From positions 1 through 17,758 of the forward strand of contig NW_021824640.1 of the NCBI RefSeq assembly GCF_006345805.1: a stretch of DNA of 17,758 bases, in the 5' to 3' direction. Source of the DNA: Octopus sinensis. Lineage: Eukaryota. The notes under the pieces are model-generated. The model did not search any database. It was not told where the DNA came from and worked only from the letters and a program-made list of their open reading frames with translations. Positions within the stretch are counted from its first letter, which is position 1, and every line of letters starts with the position of its first letter. Both the position numbers and the translations under genes were made by a program. Below, piece after piece: positions 17,101 through 17,758 of this stretch.

Positions 17101-17324
17101 ATATTCTCTTTGCCTTTGTCTGTCCTTGTTTGTCCCCTCTGTGTTTAGCCCCTTGTGGGTAGTAAGGAAATATATATTCTCTTTGCCTTTCATCCTTTCG
17201 GGATCGATAAATAAAGTACCAGTTTCTCACTGGGGTTCAATGTAATCGACTTAATCCCTTTGTCTATCCTTGTTTGTCCCCTCTATGTTTAGCCCCTTTG
17301 AGGGCAATAAAGATATATTCTCTT
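17101..17324 (+). mobile_element. Two tandem 5'-truncated SINE family A fragments
   Basis: tttgtctgtccttgtttgtcccctctgtgtttagccccttgtggg and gcctttcatcctttcgggatcgataaat... match A1/A3; both are bounded by repeats of atattctctt. Confidence 0.85.
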
Positions 17325-17758
17325 ATTTCGATCCTTCCTTTTTTTCTTTCTTTCTTTCTTTATCCCTCCCCACCCCCAGCATTGATTTTGTCGTCGTCGT
17401 TCTCATTGTTGCTTTGTCAGTTAACACCATCATCATCATTATCATCATCGTTCTAACTTCAACTCTCTCCTCCTTACTAGACATCATCATCATCATCATC
17501 ATTAATCGTTATGGTGTGTGTATGTGTGTATGTGTGTATGTGTGTATGTGTGCGTGTGGTTCCCTTAATTTTTCAAAATCGATTTGAGTTCAATAAATTC
17601 CTTCCAGCTTAAAACTTATTACTTTTTCTTTTGTTAGCCCTTCCCCCCTCCTCCTCCCACCGTGGTGGTCCCTATTAAACTCCAAACTGACCATTGTCCG
17701 ACATATTTCATCAACTGATGAAATTCATTCCAAATGTAATAAACCAATTTAACCCTTA

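Noticed and set aside
17705-17758. 9-bp palindrome ATTTCATCA-ac-TGATGAAAT and terminal TTAACCCT (piggyBac-like end)
   Set aside because: The window ends here, so the element cannot be assessed; the palindrome alone is compatible with chance.
1-17758. CRISPR array, true tRNA genes or a prokaryote-style gene system
   Set aside because: The repeats lack unique spacers, the tRNA-like heads belong to SINEs, and there is no gene-dense coding organisation.

Overview
Repeat-saturated, AT-rich eukaryotic DNA, intergenic or deep intronic. The SINE families look like those of Octopus (coleoid cephalopod); this is recognition from memory, not a database match. No protein-coding gene can be called with confidence: nearly all ORFs in the supplied track are microsatellite or minisatellite read-throughs or antisense shadows of decayed retroelements. 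Supported content: (i) extensive micro- and minisatellites; (ii) at least three tRNA-derived SINE families plus a CAA-tailed short repeat family; (iii) decayed LINE relics (RTE RT region on - at ~3.8-5.4 kb split by SINEs, RTE fragment on + at ~9.8-10.05 kb, Penelope GIY-YIG C-terminus on - at ~10.56-10.88 kb, probable L1-clade ORF2 relic on - at ~12.2-14.95 kb); (iv) a 369-bp non-autonomous Helitron with an extended terminal palindrome; (v) a CpG-decayed Penelope-type minimal hammerhead ribozyme. The most unusual structure is a pair of oppositely oriented SINE copies (4102-4436 +, 5434-5674 -) that share the same 14-bp target-site duplication and flanking DNA, forming a long inverted repeat. 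I see no evidence for a new multi-gene system.
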